A stretch of 64,000 nt of DNA, taken from Eledone cirrhosa (taxonomy: Eukaryota). How positions within the stretch are numbered: the first letter of the stretch is position 1; each line of letters opens with the position of its first letter. Made by a program: the position numbers and the translations under genes. This document shows positions 1 through 14,599 of the stretch, piece by piece. Under the pieces are notes generated by a model. The model ran no database searches. It was not told the DNA's origin and saw nothing but the letters and a program-made list of their open reading frames with translations. Location: positions 328,166,001-328,230,000 of the forward strand of contig OZ024741.1 of the NCBI GenBank assembly GCA_964016885.1, written 5' to 3'.

Positions 1-180
1 TGGAGTGTGCTCAAAAGAGCCACCCCTTATCAAAATAATAGAAATGAATGTAGATTATGTTCCCAAGAACTATTTGAAATAATGAAATCTAAGGATATCC
101 TATTAAATAAACGACAGGAATTAATTATATCGTGTAATCATAAACTAAAAAAAACATTTAAATATTATAAACCTAATTAA
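1..180 (+). CDS. C-terminal 59 aa of PLE RT/GIY-YIG polyprotein (partial)
   Basis: Open frame +1 to TAA at 178-180; same sequence as the end of ORF 26590..28401. Confidence 0.85.
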   Translation, partial: WSVLKRATPYQNNRNECRLCSQELFEIMKSKDILLNKRQELIISCNHKLKKTFKYYKPN

Positions 181-1516
181 TAACATTATTTTAGAAATTA
201 ATTTAATTTAAATGTTAGTTAACCTATAAATTTAATTTAATTAAAATTCTATTACAGATGAGAATATAAAATATTATGTAATCATAAATTGTGAAAAACC
301 TTTAAATATTACTAATATATACTTAGTAATTTAATTTATAGATTAATTTTAATTTATTTAAACCTTTTATTATAATTCTTTTACAGATAAAATATAACAA
401 AATATCGTGTATCCAATGACAGAGAAATAATTTTTAGTATTATAGACCTAATTAATATACATTTTAGAAATATATTTATAATTTGGTTTTAATTTTAATC
501 AACCTAAAAATTTAATTTAATTGGCTTAAAATTAATATCCTTATACAGACGAATTGCAGAATGTCATCTAATCATAGAATGGGATGTGTTTTGGATTTAT
601 ACCTAGTTAATATATTCTTTGCAATTTTTGAAAAAATATGTATATGTATATGTGTATGTGTATGTGTGTGCGTATGTATATGTGTATATATGTATATATA
701 TATGTATATATATGTATATATATATGTGTATGTATATGTATATGTATATGTATTAATTTTGTTTTCTATTTGCATATAATTATATTCTGCTATTGATAAA
801 ATACAATATCTGTTTTATTTATTATATACATAATTAACATATACTATAGAAATAAATATATAATTTTTAATTTAATTAACCCACATTTTATATTCTACTA
901 CCGATGTAATACTTTATTTGTTTTTTCCCTATTACTAAATTCATTTCCTAATATTGATACCATAAAGTTATTAACTTTAATTTAGTTATACTATAATTAA
1001 TACTCTACTACTATTTAACTTCAAAATTCTGCCTCAAATATTATAAACCTAACTAATTTACACCTTAGAAATCAATATGTTAACTATCTTTAGTTTAGTT
1101 AACATATAATTAATGGTAAACTTATTTATTTTGAAATGCATAAATTTTGCCTTATTTCTTGTTTATTGTATTTCCTAACACTGATACTATGTAAAAACAT
1201 ACATTGGATATAGATATGGATAATATTCTATGTTTCTTGAAACATATATTTACTATATTCCCTTTCTCTAACCCCCCCCCCCTTTCCCCCATACTATTAT
1301 CATCTGTGTTTGTAAGCGTGTATGTATGAATATATATATAGGTAGGTGTGTATATATATTTGGGTATTTATATCTGAATATAAAAATACATATATGCGCA
1401 TGCAAATAAGAATGTATGATTGTGTGTGTATATATATATGTGTGTATGTATGTGTATATGTGTATATATGCATGTGTATATGTGTGTGTATGTGTATGTC
1501 TGTATGTGTATATATA

Positions 1517-1565
<49 letters not shown>

Positions 1566-2135
1566 GTGTGTGTATGTATGTATGTATATGTGTGTGTGTA
1601 TATATATGTATGTCTCTCTATTTATACGTCTATCTTCGTATCTATGTGGATATATGTGTGTGTGTGCATGTATACACGCATATATGTGTTTATGTGTATA
1701 TGTGTGTATGTATATATATATATGTGTGTGTGCACACACATATATATATATATATGTGAATGTGTATATGTGTGTGTGTGTATATGTATGTGTATGTATA
1801 TATGTATATATATCTATGTGTGTATATATGTCTATATTCGTATGTGTGTATATATATATATATATATATGTATATGTGTATGTATATATATATATATATG
1901 TATGTGTATATATATATATATTATTTATTATTATAATATAACTTATGTGTATATGTGAGGGTGTGTATGTGTATATATATGTGTATATATATGTGTAAAA
2001 AAATAAAAATATATATATGTGCATGTCTGTTTTTTATGTGTGTGTATATATATATATATGTGTATATATATATATATGTGGGTGTTTGTATGTGTATTTA
2101 TGGTTGTATGTGTGTGTGGGTATATGTATATAAGT

Positions 2136-2183
<48 letters not shown>

Positions 2184-2516
2184 ATATATATCTCTATTAA
2201 TGCGTGTATATATGTATATGTATATGCCTTTTTCTTTGTATGTCTGAGTTGGGTGAGGGTGTAGTGGTGTTTCTATGTATATACGCATATATGGATGCGT
2301 TTGTATGTGTATATATGAGTATATGTAAGTGCGTATGTATGTATGATTATATATCTAATTCTATGTATGAGTATATATGTGTGTATGTATGTTGTGTGTG
2401 TATGTATGTATATGTCTATGTGTGTATATATATATATGTATGTATGTGTGTGTATGTATCTATGTATATGTATGTATGTACATATATGTCTATGTATGTG
2501 TGTATGTATGTGTATG

Positions 2517-2561
<45 letters not shown>

Positions 2562-2776
2562 TTATTTTATTTTTTTTATATATATGTGTGTGTGTGTATG
2601 TGTGTGTGTGTGTCTATATATATCTTTGTATATGTATATGTGTATGTTCGTGTAGGTATATGTGTGTGTATGACTATGTATGTATGTGTATGTGTGTATG
2701 TGTGTGTATATGTATATCTATGTGTGTGTACATGTATGTATGTATATGTATGTGTATATGTGTATGTGTGTATATG

Positions 2777-2807
<31 letters not shown>

Positions 2808-3138
2808 ATATGTGTATATGTGTGTGTATATATGTATATATATATGTATATGTTTCTCTATTTGTATATGTATATGTGTATGGGTATATACCTTTTTCTT
2901 TGTATGTCTGAGTTGTGTGAGAGTGTAGTGGTGTTTGTATGTATATACCGATATATAGATGCGTAAGTATTTGTCTGTATGTATGTATATATGTCTGTAT
3001 GTATTTGTGTGTATATATAGGTATGTATGTGTATATCTGTATGTATATATGTATGTAAGTATATGTATATGTGTGTGTATGTGTGTATATATATGTGTGT
3101 CTATATAGTATGTGTGATTATATGTGTATGTATGAGTG

Positions 3139-3211
<73 letters not shown>

Positions 3212-3367
3212 GTGTATTTATATGTATGTGTGTATATGTATGTATGTGTGTATGTGTATATGTTTATATATGTGTGTGTATGTATGTGCTAAGTGTGGAC
3301 GTGTGTATATGTATGTATGTGTTTGTATATGTGTATGTATATATATGTGTGTGTGTGTGTGTATGTG

Positions 3368-3439
<72 letters not shown>

Positions 3440-4085
3440 CTTGATATATTTCTTTTTTCTTTTTTCTTTTTTCTTTTTCTTTTCTTTCCTTTTTAATGTT
3501 TATTTATTATTTATTATTATTCTTTATTTTCTTAGCTTATAGATACATCTATATTAAGCAGTCAGCCCAAACCGTTGAATACTGACCTCTCCCCCCCCCC
3601 CCCCTCCCACCTAATTTTCTGTATCTTTATCTAAATGTGTGTGCCAGTGTTTATGTGAGTGAATTAATATCCATGTGCTTAGGATTTTATATCCACATAT
3701 ATATATGTGAGTGGGGATGTGTGTGTGTTTGTATGTTCGTAGTTTATGTGTATGTCTATGCATATACGCGCGTGTATGTGTGATTGTACTGATATGTGTT
3801 AGTATGAAAATATGTGTATACACTTATTTCATATTTATGTATCTATACGCATCTTATCTGTGCATTATAGACTTACAGAGACATTAACCTTGAAATTTTG
3901 TATTTGCATCCATCCTTTTTATATGCGTATACAGGTTCTGCATATATTTTTGTAAAATATGTGTAAGGTTTGTTACATGTATATACACACACCGAACTGC
4001 ATTAAACCTTTTGTATTTTCATTGGTCAATTCTGTTCCCAAACGGACCTGAAAGTTTGAATTGTTGTTATTATCAATAAATATAT

Positions 4086-4239
4086 TTCATTATTTCTGAA
4101 GACGGCGTATATATGTGTTGGTATGTATATTTAATCTTGATAGTTTGTATAATTTTGTATAATTTTGTACATAGATCTGTTGAATATGCATGCCAACTCT
4201 AACACATATATATCCTAGAAACGATCGTTAAATAATGAA
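4086..4239 (+). ncRNA. Type I hammerhead ribozyme with long stem II
   Basis: ttcattattt-CTGAAGA-(~115 nt hairpin)-GAAA-cgatcg-TT-aaataatgaa. Perfect 10-bp stem I, palindromic stem III, GUU cleavage triplet. The base of stem II is imperfect. Confidence 0.8.
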
Positions 4240-4284
4240 CTTTTTTTGTTTAATATAAGGAATTGTTTATTCATTATTTGTTTA

Positions 4285-4331
<47 letters not shown>

Positions 4332-4351
4332 TTCATATATATATATATATA

Positions 4352-5878
4352 CATTCACCAGAGAGGAGCTTCAGAGAGCCAAGAAGAGGATCAAGGGGGG
4401 CAAGGCTCATGAAGAAGATGGAGTTCAATCAGAGGTGATGATATTTTGATGATATCATCCTGGGGTTCTGTAACGGGGCACTGAAGAAAGGAGTTGCCCC
4501 GAATCAGTGGAGGATCAGTAACATCGTCCCAGTGCCAAAGAAGGGTGATCTCTCTAACACCAACAACTGCAGGGGGATCTCACTGACGTCACTTGTGGCA
4601 AAGACCCTCAACAGGATGATTCTTAACAGGGTCCAGCCTGAGATGGAGAAGAAGCTCAGGGACAACGAGAACGGCTTCAGAGAGGGTAGATCAACCACCA
4701 GTCACATCCTGATGCTGGGGAGGATATTAGAGGGAGCTAGAGCAAAGTGCCTTCCTGCGGTCATGGTTTTCATTGCCTTTAGGAAGGTCTTTGATTCTGT
4801 GGACCGTTGCTGTCTGATGAAGATCTTACAGGCTTATGGAATCCCTAAGAAGATAGTGGACCTGATATCACTGCTTTACACCAACAGCAAAGCCCAAGTC
4901 ATTACACCTGATGGGATGACAGAGTTCTTTGAGATACTGGCTGGAGTTCTCCAGGGAGATACATTGGCTCCCTATTTTTTTATCATTGTAGTGGACTATT
5001 GTATGCGCCTTGCACTGGAGAAACACCAGGACTCTGGCTTTACTGCAGTACCGGCTCAGAGCAGGAGTGTTAGGGCGAAAAAGGCATCGGATGCTGAATT
5101 TGCCGACGACATAGTTTTGGTGACAAATACAGTGAAGGAGGCAGAGGATTTGATGCGGGAGGTTGAGACTGTGTCGATGAGTGTGCGGCTGAGAATGAAT
5201 GAGACTAAAACAAAATATCTGGTAGAGAATGTTGAGAAGTCAGAGGGGATCACTAATGTAGTCGGGAAGCCGCTGGAATTGGTTGAGGGCTTCCTGTATT
5301 TGGGAACAAAGATTGGGAATACGGAAGATGATGTGGTTGAGAGGAAGAGAAAGGCCTGGGCGGCGTGCCGCAGCTTGAGATCGGTGTGGAAGTCGGACAT
5401 TCGTAGAGACCCGAAAATCCGCCTCTTCATTGCTGTAGTGGAGTCTGTGCTGCTGTATGGGTCTGAGACTTGGACACTGACCAAGAAACTCACTCAGATG
5501 GTGGATGGGTGCTACACGAGAATGCTGAGGATGGCTCTGAACATTAAACAGTATACACTGAGGATGAAAAACTCAGAGCTGTATGGGAGCATCCCAAAAG
5601 TCAGCTCAAAAGTGACACAGAGGAGACTGGGGTTAGCTGGACATGCTCACCGACATCCAGAGTCGACATTGCACTCAGTGCTCCTTTGGGAGCCCCTACA
5701 TGGACACACTAGAAGAGGAAGACCAAGGTTAACGTATGTTGATGCCCTAAGGACAGACACTGGTCTGTTAGAGACGCAGGACATGGCAGCGATAATGAGG
5801 GACAGAGACCGCTGGAGAGAACTCGTCCATGGATCTCGGGAATTTTACCCGCTTTAGACATAGATAGATAGATAGATA
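4352..5878 (+). mobile_element. 5'-truncated RTE-like LINE with (TAGA)n tail
   Basis: ORF 4532..5857 has RT motifs (NCRGISL, GFREGRST, QGDTLAPYFF, FADD, YLG) and an RTE-type C-terminus (LAGH...RGRPRLTYVD). Short-repeat tail; (TA)n on both sides. Confidence 0.85.
4532..5857 (+). CDS. Non-LTR reverse transcriptase (partial; motif A Asp replaced, FIAFRKVFD)
   Basis: 441-aa ORF with RT motifs. The upstream frame is broken near 4445. Confidence 0.8.
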   Translation: MPKKGDLSNTNNCRGISLTSLVAKTLNRMILNRVQPEMEKKLRDNENGFREGRSTTSHILMLGRILEGARAKCLPAVMVFIAFRKVFDSVDRCCLMKILQAYGIPKKIVDLISLLYTNSKAQVITPDGMTEFFEILAGVLQGDTLAPYFFIIVVDYCMRLALEKHQDSGFTAVPAQSRSVRAKKASDAEFADDIVLVTNTVKEAEDLMREVETVSMSVRLRMNETKTKYLVENVEKSEGITNVVGKPLELVEGFLYLGTKIGNTEDDVVERKRKAWAACRSLRSVWKSDIRRDPKIRLFIAVVESVLLYGSETWTLTKKLTQMVDGCYTRMLRMALNIKQYTLRMKNSELYGSIPKVSSKVTQRRLGLAGHAHRHPESTLHSVLLWEPLHGHTRRGRPRLTYVDALRTDTGLLETQDMAAIMRDRDRWRELVHGSREFYPL

Positions 5879-5885
5879 TATATAC

Positions 5886-5918
<33 letters not shown>

Positions 5919-6781
5919 GTAATAATAATAACCACAATGACATACTCCAATGTGACCGGGTAACGCATCCCCATGCATGTGTACCTTTTCAATCGTGAAT
6001 GCATACTCTCCACGTGTTCCATTTTGGAACACATATTGTTTGTTCCGTATTCAGACCTAAGTGTACATCTCATACTCCCCATATGTACTATATCATACAC
6101 ATACACGTATCTTCTTCTTTCTCCTGTATTTTTTTATATATCTCTATGTGACGTTATATGCATATTTTAATATATTGTATATTTATTTTATTTTTTTATA
6201 TATGTGTGTATATGTATGTATTTGGTTACATTGTTTATATTTGTGCATGTGTATAACAAGATGCATCCTTTCATGGATGATCCTGTATGACCCACTGTCC
6301 AGATTTATATGACTGTGAGTATATCATATTTGAATACGGACAGATATATGTATGCGTGTATGTATCTTTGTGGATGTACGTGGACACAGAGGTAATTGGG
6401 CGCGTATTTGTTTGAATGTAGATGAGCCAGTGTGTGTGTGTACGTGTACGTACTGTAGCGTAAGGGCTCGTTTGTGTGTACATTTATGTGTGTGTACATA
6501 TACATATATATATGTGTCTTTGGGAACGAGTCTGTCTTTGTGCCTCTATATACGGACACGTTTGTGTATGTGCGTGTGGGTGTCTATGTATATGTATGTA
6601 CATGTTTGTGTATATGAGTAGATATACGCGTACGCATGTGTGTGTCGATGTATGCGTGTGCGTATGTGTGCGCGCGCATGTGTGTGCGTGGGAGGGCTGA
6701 TGTACGCCGGCATGTAGGCAGGCGTTTGTAGACGTGTATGTTGTTAGTTATATGGTTGTGTGTGTGCGTGTGTGTATGTGA

Positions 6782-6818
<37 letters not shown>

Positions 6819-6820
6819 TA

Positions 6821-8211
<1,391 letters not shown>

Positions 8212-8369
8212 TATAACTGCTCTGTAGAACAACTGATGTTATTACATTGAGCTATTTATCTTACTGGTAATAAGGTAGTAATAAATTACTGTCTTTCACT
8301 GCTTAGGGTTTAAAATATATATAACTATAAAATTTTTAGTATATACATAACCATAAATAGTATCCTTAA

Positions 8370-8445
<76 letters not shown>

Positions 8446-8891
8446 TTGTGTGTATGTGTATATGTGTATGTATATGGGTATATGTGTATATGTGTGTGTG
8501 AGTGGACTTGTGAAATACCAAACCCACCATGAATTCATTGAAGTGTGTCAGGCAGAGGGTAGCTGATGGACAGTCTGACAGCAACTATTGGCCAGAATTT
8601 ATGATGACGTAGAAAAACATCAGCCAACAGCAGGACAAGCGAGGAAGATGTTTTTTGACGCTAACACCACAGTGAGAAAATTTGATCCGGAATTATTGCC
8701 AGTGTCCGACGAACCTGCATTCCCAGAATCAGACAGATCCATACAATGATCGTGTCTCGAGCTCTCTGCCGGCGAAGCAATTGTAACACACAATAAATTG
8801 AGTCCGGATGCATCACTGATTTTTCGTTTTATATCATATATATATAGTGACGAAACATAAATCAATTGCATGAACTCATAATCCTTTATTT

Positions 8892-8947
8892 ACTGCTATA
8901 TATCTTTCGATGATATCCATTGAATGGCTATGACCTCATCAGGCAGT
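8892..8947 (-). ncRNA. Hammerhead ribozyme, diverged member of the 10092/10452 family
   Basis: Reverse complement reads actgc-CTGATGA-ggtcatagcca ttcaa tggatatcatc-GAAA-gatata-TA-gcagt; one stem III mismatch. Confidence 0.7.
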
Positions 8948-9478
8948 TAGTCAGTTCTAGATATGCCAGCTCTGGGTTTATATTGTTGATGGTATGAAAG
9001 CCTCTGGACATATGAGCTTGTTAGGAATAATTTAATGTTGTCAGCAGGAATAGTCTTAATTCTCATTGGTCAGTTTGTAGATGCTAGTAGGGGTGGTATT
9101 TGACCTCAAAGAGGCAGGTGGTGTTGTAAAGTTCAAACCGCCAGGCAAGATGACAATAGTTCCATATGACTGATTTTCACCAAAAGCATTCCTGGTCAGA
9201 TATATATTCAATTAAGGTTAATAGTATGGGATACAACAGGTCATTCTTAAGTTGAGTAATTTATGTGGAGTGGTGCTACTGAAAATTATGGTTAGAGTAG
9301 AAAATTTACAAATAAATGTAGGTTGGCTTGCACGTACACTCACACCCACCTCCACAGATACACACACACATCCACACATACAAATTGAGGAATTAATGTG
9401 GGGTGGTAATGCTTAAAATAATGGTTAGAGTCCAATACTTAGATAGTTTAGAACATTTAGAAATAAAAGGCTTATATA

Positions 9479-9572
9479 TATATTGAAAGAGTGAATTATA
9501 ACATGTTCAACAGTACAAAAAAGGGTTTTATTTTAGTACTGTTGACCATGTTATTTTTCACCCTTTCAATAT
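9479..9572. repeat. Imperfect inverted repeat (~37-bp arms)
   Basis: atattgaaagagtgaattataacatgttcaacagtac ... gtactgttgaccatgttatttttcaccctttcaatat. Confidence 0.75.
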
Positions 9573-9866
9573 TATTACTCCAAGATAAACTAACATAGGA
9601 ATACAAGAGAACTCATAAACTCGTTATCTACGTAAACCTCTTGTTGAGTCAAACAACGCCGTACGCTAAAACTATCCATAATCTTTCAAGGATTTACACA
9701 AGTCCAGCCTCCTGTTATTTTATTATAATATTTAACTCCGTACTCACACCACCAACTACACAAACGAAGACGGTTGAGCTGCTTTACGTTGAGTACTCTC
9801 CATATTATTACATCAAGATTGACCATACGGAATGACCAGCTCTATCCAGTGGTGAACCTTCAAACC

Positions 9867-9948
<82 letters not shown>

Positions 9949-10091
9949 GAGTATATGTTGGTTGTATACCAACACCTCAGTATGCAGATTGGAGCACTCG
10001 ACGAAATGCGCAGGTTGGTTTGGTTACTCCCGAGTAATGTAAAATAAAATAAAATAAATAAGTTAAATGCTTAAAATTTGGCTTCGTTTAT

Positions 10092-10148
10092 TACTGCTAT
10101 ATATATTTCGGTGACAGCCATTTTTGGCTTTAACCTCTTCAGGCAGTA
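10092..10148 (-). ncRNA. Type I hammerhead ribozyme
   Basis: Reverse complement reads tactgc-CTGAAGA-ggt taa agcca aaaa tggct gtc acc-GAAA-tatata-TA-gcagta. Confidence 0.85.
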
Positions 10149-10451
10149 CGAATTAGTGTGGTAGAGACGAGTACACATGTTGTTGAGGTGTATAACTTTG
10201 TCAATACTCTGATATGCCCAGTTCATGGTTGGGTTGTTATTTCACTGAGGAACTGGAATAATTTGAATTTAAACAAACGAATTTCAGCGTCAAACAAGAG
10301 GCCCTTTGACGCTGAAATTCGTTTGTTTAAATTCATATGATTCCAGTTCCTCAGTGAAATAAAAACCCAACCAGGAACTGGGCATATCAGAGAATTGACA
10401 AAGTTATACACCTCAACAACATGTTTACACGTCTCTACCACACTAATTCGG

Positions 10452-10506
10452 ACTGCCTGAAGAGGTTAAAGCCAAAAATGGCTGTCACCGAAATATATAT
10501 AGCAGT
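10452..10506 (+). ncRNA. Type I hammerhead ribozyme
   Basis: actgc-CTGAAGA-ggttaaagccaaaaatggctgtcacc-GAAA-tatata-TA-gcagt. Confidence 0.85.
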
Positions 10507-10508
10507 AA

Positions 10509-13408
10509 CCAACAATCTCTATGGAATGCAAAAGGATATTTATAACGATCTTATATTGAAGGAATTAAGGAAGAAATACAAAAAACCAACGAGTGATGGC
10601 CTTGAAAAACTGAATACAGAAGCCTCATACATAATGCATGAATTAGGCATCGAAAATAGGACACAACCCTTCATGCCTAGGAAACCAAAAATTAATATGA
10701 AGGACCATAAAAGGAATTTTGAAATTGAATTACCAGTTAGATTAATTGCACCATCTAAACCTTTTAGATGTAACTTTAAACCTTAACACAGGTCTTTATT
10801 ATCCATTTCACAAAATAAATGAGAACTTAAACTACATTAACTTTAATTCCAATCACCCCAGATCCGTTAAAAACACTATAGTAAACTCTGTGCAGCAACG
10901 CATTTCTAGAATTTCAGCTAATAAGAATATTTTTGAAGATAAAGCGCAATATTATAACGAAGCGTTAGGTAGGGCTGGATATAGTAATAAAATTAAATAC
11001 ATTGATAATAATGATATGACAACTAACAATAATTTTAACAACTATTATAGGAAACCTTACAATAATTCGAAAACAAAAAAAGAAATAGAACTAGGAATAT
11101 ATTATGGTTCACTCCTCCTTTCTCATTAAGTATTAAAATTCCTATTGCTAAATTATTCTTTAAAGCTCTAGATAAATGCTTTCCTAGAACACATAGGTAT
11201 TAGTAAATCTTTAATAGACATACTATAAAATTATCGCATTCCACCACCAGTAATTTAGCGCAGAATATTAATAGAATTAATAATAGAAACTTAAAACCTA
11301 ACCAGCATACAATTAATAACCCCAGCAATATCCAAATTAATAATACGGCTTCTAGGAACTTAAATTTTGATAAATGTAACTGTAGAAATAAATCTAACTG
11401 TCCGTGAAATAACAATTATTTAGTTAAAAATATAGTATATAATTGTAATGTAAAAACTAATTTAAATTCATTTAATTATGTAGGCTCTACCTCCACAGAT
11501 TTTAAGTCCCGTTTTAATAACCATAAATGCTCTTTTACGAATATAAATAAAAAAATCTTCAACTCCTCTATCTAATTTACTATGGGACCTAAAATCAAAG
11601 AACACTAACAATTCTTTACTTTGGAATATTATCTCCAAAGCTCCGCCATTCACGCTTCATCTGAAAATTGTGCTCTTTGTATAGGGGAAAATTCTTTATA
11701 TTAAAAAGTAAGAATTCTGTTAATTTAAGGAATAATCTTTTCAGTTCTTGTAAACATAGGTTGAATTCAACGTTTAAATATAAATATTAAATGTAATACA
11801 TAACTCATCTTTATTACACCTATCGATAAATCATTAGATTCCTTCATATGATTGCTTATAACTCTCTTAAAAGAAAAACATTTTTCTTGAAAAATTTTTC
11901 TTGATACTGAAAGATTTAAAAAAAATATTTTTTGAAAATTCTTCTGATGGGTATAAGAAAATTATGAGAAAATTATAATTCATATTTTATACTATGTATT
12001 TTATATTTCTATATTCTTATATTTTTTAAAATTATAGTTCATATTTTATATTTTGTGTATTTTATATTTCTATATTCTCATATTTTTCAAATGCTTATAT
12101 ATATATATATATATATCAAAATGTTTATATATATATATAAGATAAACATAGTGATTTTTATGTATATATGGTATAACATAAAAATTATATTTTAAATATA
12201 TTCTATAAATATACTCTTATGAAAGAGTGTTTTATGGTTTATGCTTTGGATATATTCATATGAAAATTTTAAATATTATAACTTTTATATATTTATGACA
12301 TTATAGCAAGCAAATTTATGTTTTAACAGTTATAACTGTATAACAGGTAAATTTATGAATTTATACATTTATAACGTACTATAAAATAGCATAAGATTCA
12401 TATTCTAATTACATTATTAAGATGGAAAATTTAACTTTTTAACTTCTTAACCTTATAGCATTTAATCCTTAGAGTTATCTAAATTATTAATATATCACTA
12501 ACAATGTCCTTTACGCTCTACTGCTATTATAATACAAATAAGTGATTATACTTCTGTAAACTCCCGGAATTTCCATGGGCTTATAAATATTCGGATATTT
12601 TAAACTTACAATTTTTTAATAATTAATGATAATATATATCTTATTATTATAATAATAATATATATGTTTTTGTAGTAATAATATATTTTTTAATAATATA
12701 TATTTTTTAATAATATATATATATATTTTTTTAATAAGATATATATAAAAGTTTTTTAATAATATATATATATATAAAAGTTTTCAATTTTTTAATAATC
12801 TAACATACACATTTAAACTACGGATTGAATTGATAAATTAGTAATTAAACATTTAATCAAATTTATTAATTAAACATTAGATGACATTCTTCAACCTATC
12901 ATTATAATGAATCCGACTATTATTCATCCACGCTATATTCATTTCTTCGCTTCTTCTCTCATAATTACGCTATTACTGTCCTTATAACTAATATTCTCTC
13001 TCACTTAAATATACTCACGTTTTTTTCTCTTTCTTTTTTCCCTCTTGCAACGGCTTAATTTAAATATACTGTTATTTAAACCTTTCCGACACTAATTTGC
13101 ATAATAAACCAACAATAAATCTAATATCTCCACTATCCAGGAGACTCCAACCGTGAAGGCTGCATTTTTCAGGGTATGTCAATATTTATTTATAAAACTA
13201 ATCTATATTATATTTTATCTGATGAAAGCACACCATAATTTGCTTTGGTGGCCCTTGAAATATGTATAATGAAATAAATATGGTTTTATAAATATAGTTT
13301 CCATTTGTTAATATATTGTATATTTACTCCAATTAATTTGTTGAGTGCTTTATATTAGTTATAAAAATGTTTTGCTTGTTGTATCCCAACAAATTAAATA
13401 TAACCTCT

Positions 13409-13410
<2 letters not shown>
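10509..13410 (+). mobile_element. Decayed, internally deleted Naiad-like PLE with AT-rich tail and terminal HHR
   Basis: Remnants TNNLY, MKDHK, VRLIAPSK, LDVTLNL, SNHP, YNEAL, CNCRNKSNCP, NIVYNC, YVG. Stops and frameshifts present; coding remnant ends ~11790; HHR at 13211. Confidence 0.85.
13211..13276 (+). ncRNA. Type I hammerhead ribozyme
   Basis: tattttat-CTGATGA-aag ca cacca...tggtg gcc ctt-GAAA-tatgta-TA-atgaaata; 8-bp stem I with one G-U pair. Confidence 0.8.
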
Positions 13411-13481
<71 letters not shown>

Positions 13482-13520
13482 AAAGAATAGAGGTGTAACA
13501 CACAAGTTATTATATATTGG

Positions 13521-14429
13521 TAAACGGAATAGAAAATGCTGACAAATTGTTCACAGTTGAAAAATGGTTTAATTAGGAATAAAAGAGTATTAGTGATTGT
13601 ATGGGTTAGTATTCAGTTGTGGTTTTAAGTTTTTAAGTTTTTACCGGTTGCTCATTTCTAAATGCTTTTCAAAAATAATTTTGAGATAGAGTGTCCGTGC
13701 TGTTTGCTCTGACCTGATTAGTTTTGGGAATTCTACCTGTTTTTATGTTAAAAAAGTGGCTCCAGCGTTATTTTTGTGTTGCAAAAATGCTTGTGGTCAA
13801 AACAATTTTGATTGGTCGGTAGAGGTCATGTGAATGTAAAAAGTTGATTTTGCGCCAAGACTGTTTTTATGTTAAAATGTTAAAAAAGTGGCTCCAGCAA
13901 AAATTATTGGTCAAAACAATTTTGATTGGTCGGTAGAGGTCCGCGTCTAAACACTTCTCCCTAAGACGAACCCACAACATACACACGTCAACATCAGCAC
14001 ACATCTCTACCCACATATAAACACAATGACACACGTAAACACACATGCTCTATGGTGCAATACAAACAAATATATGTGCATGTATATGTATGTATATATG
14101 TATATATATATATATATGTAGTGAATGTATGTATGTGTGTGTGTATATATATAGTGAATATCATTTCACACCTTTTATTGTTAAGATTTTTGATGTTCTA
14201 TTAAGAGAACCGATTTTACTGAAAAAATCGAATAATGTACACCATTTTACCAGGGGGAAAAAATACTGGTCCACCCAGACACACACATACACACACACAC
14301 ACACATATATACACAAACACATACACACGCGTACATCAACATACAAAGAGACTTATACACACACACACACGCACTTCTCCGTATAAGACAAAAACTGAAA
14401 AATATCTTTTGACCTTCGAATGACTCTGC

Positions 14430-14486
<57 letters not shown>

Positions 14487-14557
14487 TTATCTTAATAGCC
14501 ATTTGACACACATCGCTGCTGGCCATTGTCGCAGCATCGAACACCTTACTACTACTA

Positions 14558-14599
<42 letters not shown>

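Larger units (their letters stand above)
1..4290 (+). mobile_element. Naiad-like Penelope-like element, copy 1 (ORF end plus long 3' tail and HHR; start lies upstream of window)
   Basis: Bases 1-180 are identical to 28222-28401 (GIY-YIG C-terminus WSVLKRATPY...CRLC...LNKRQELIISCNHK...*). The tail is colinear with 28402-32908 through unique anchors. It ends in (TA)n. Confidence 0.9.
10091..10508. repeat. ~420-bp fold-back inverted repeat (inverted pseudo-LTR)
   Basis: Arms of ~205 bp around a 10-nt loop (caagaggccc, ~10295-10304). The opposite-strand ORFs 10158+ and 10441- translate almost identically. Confidence 0.9.

Noticed and set aside
561-3542. Many ORFs rich in Y/I/C/V/M or H/T (also 29420-32420, 47401-47768, 61074-61496 and others)
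   Set aside because: Stop-poor translations of (TA/TG/CA)n repeats; not genes.
11400-11410. TGA in the CNCRNKSNCP* linker as selenocysteine
   Set aside because: It replaces Leu, not Cys, and the copy is heavily decayed.
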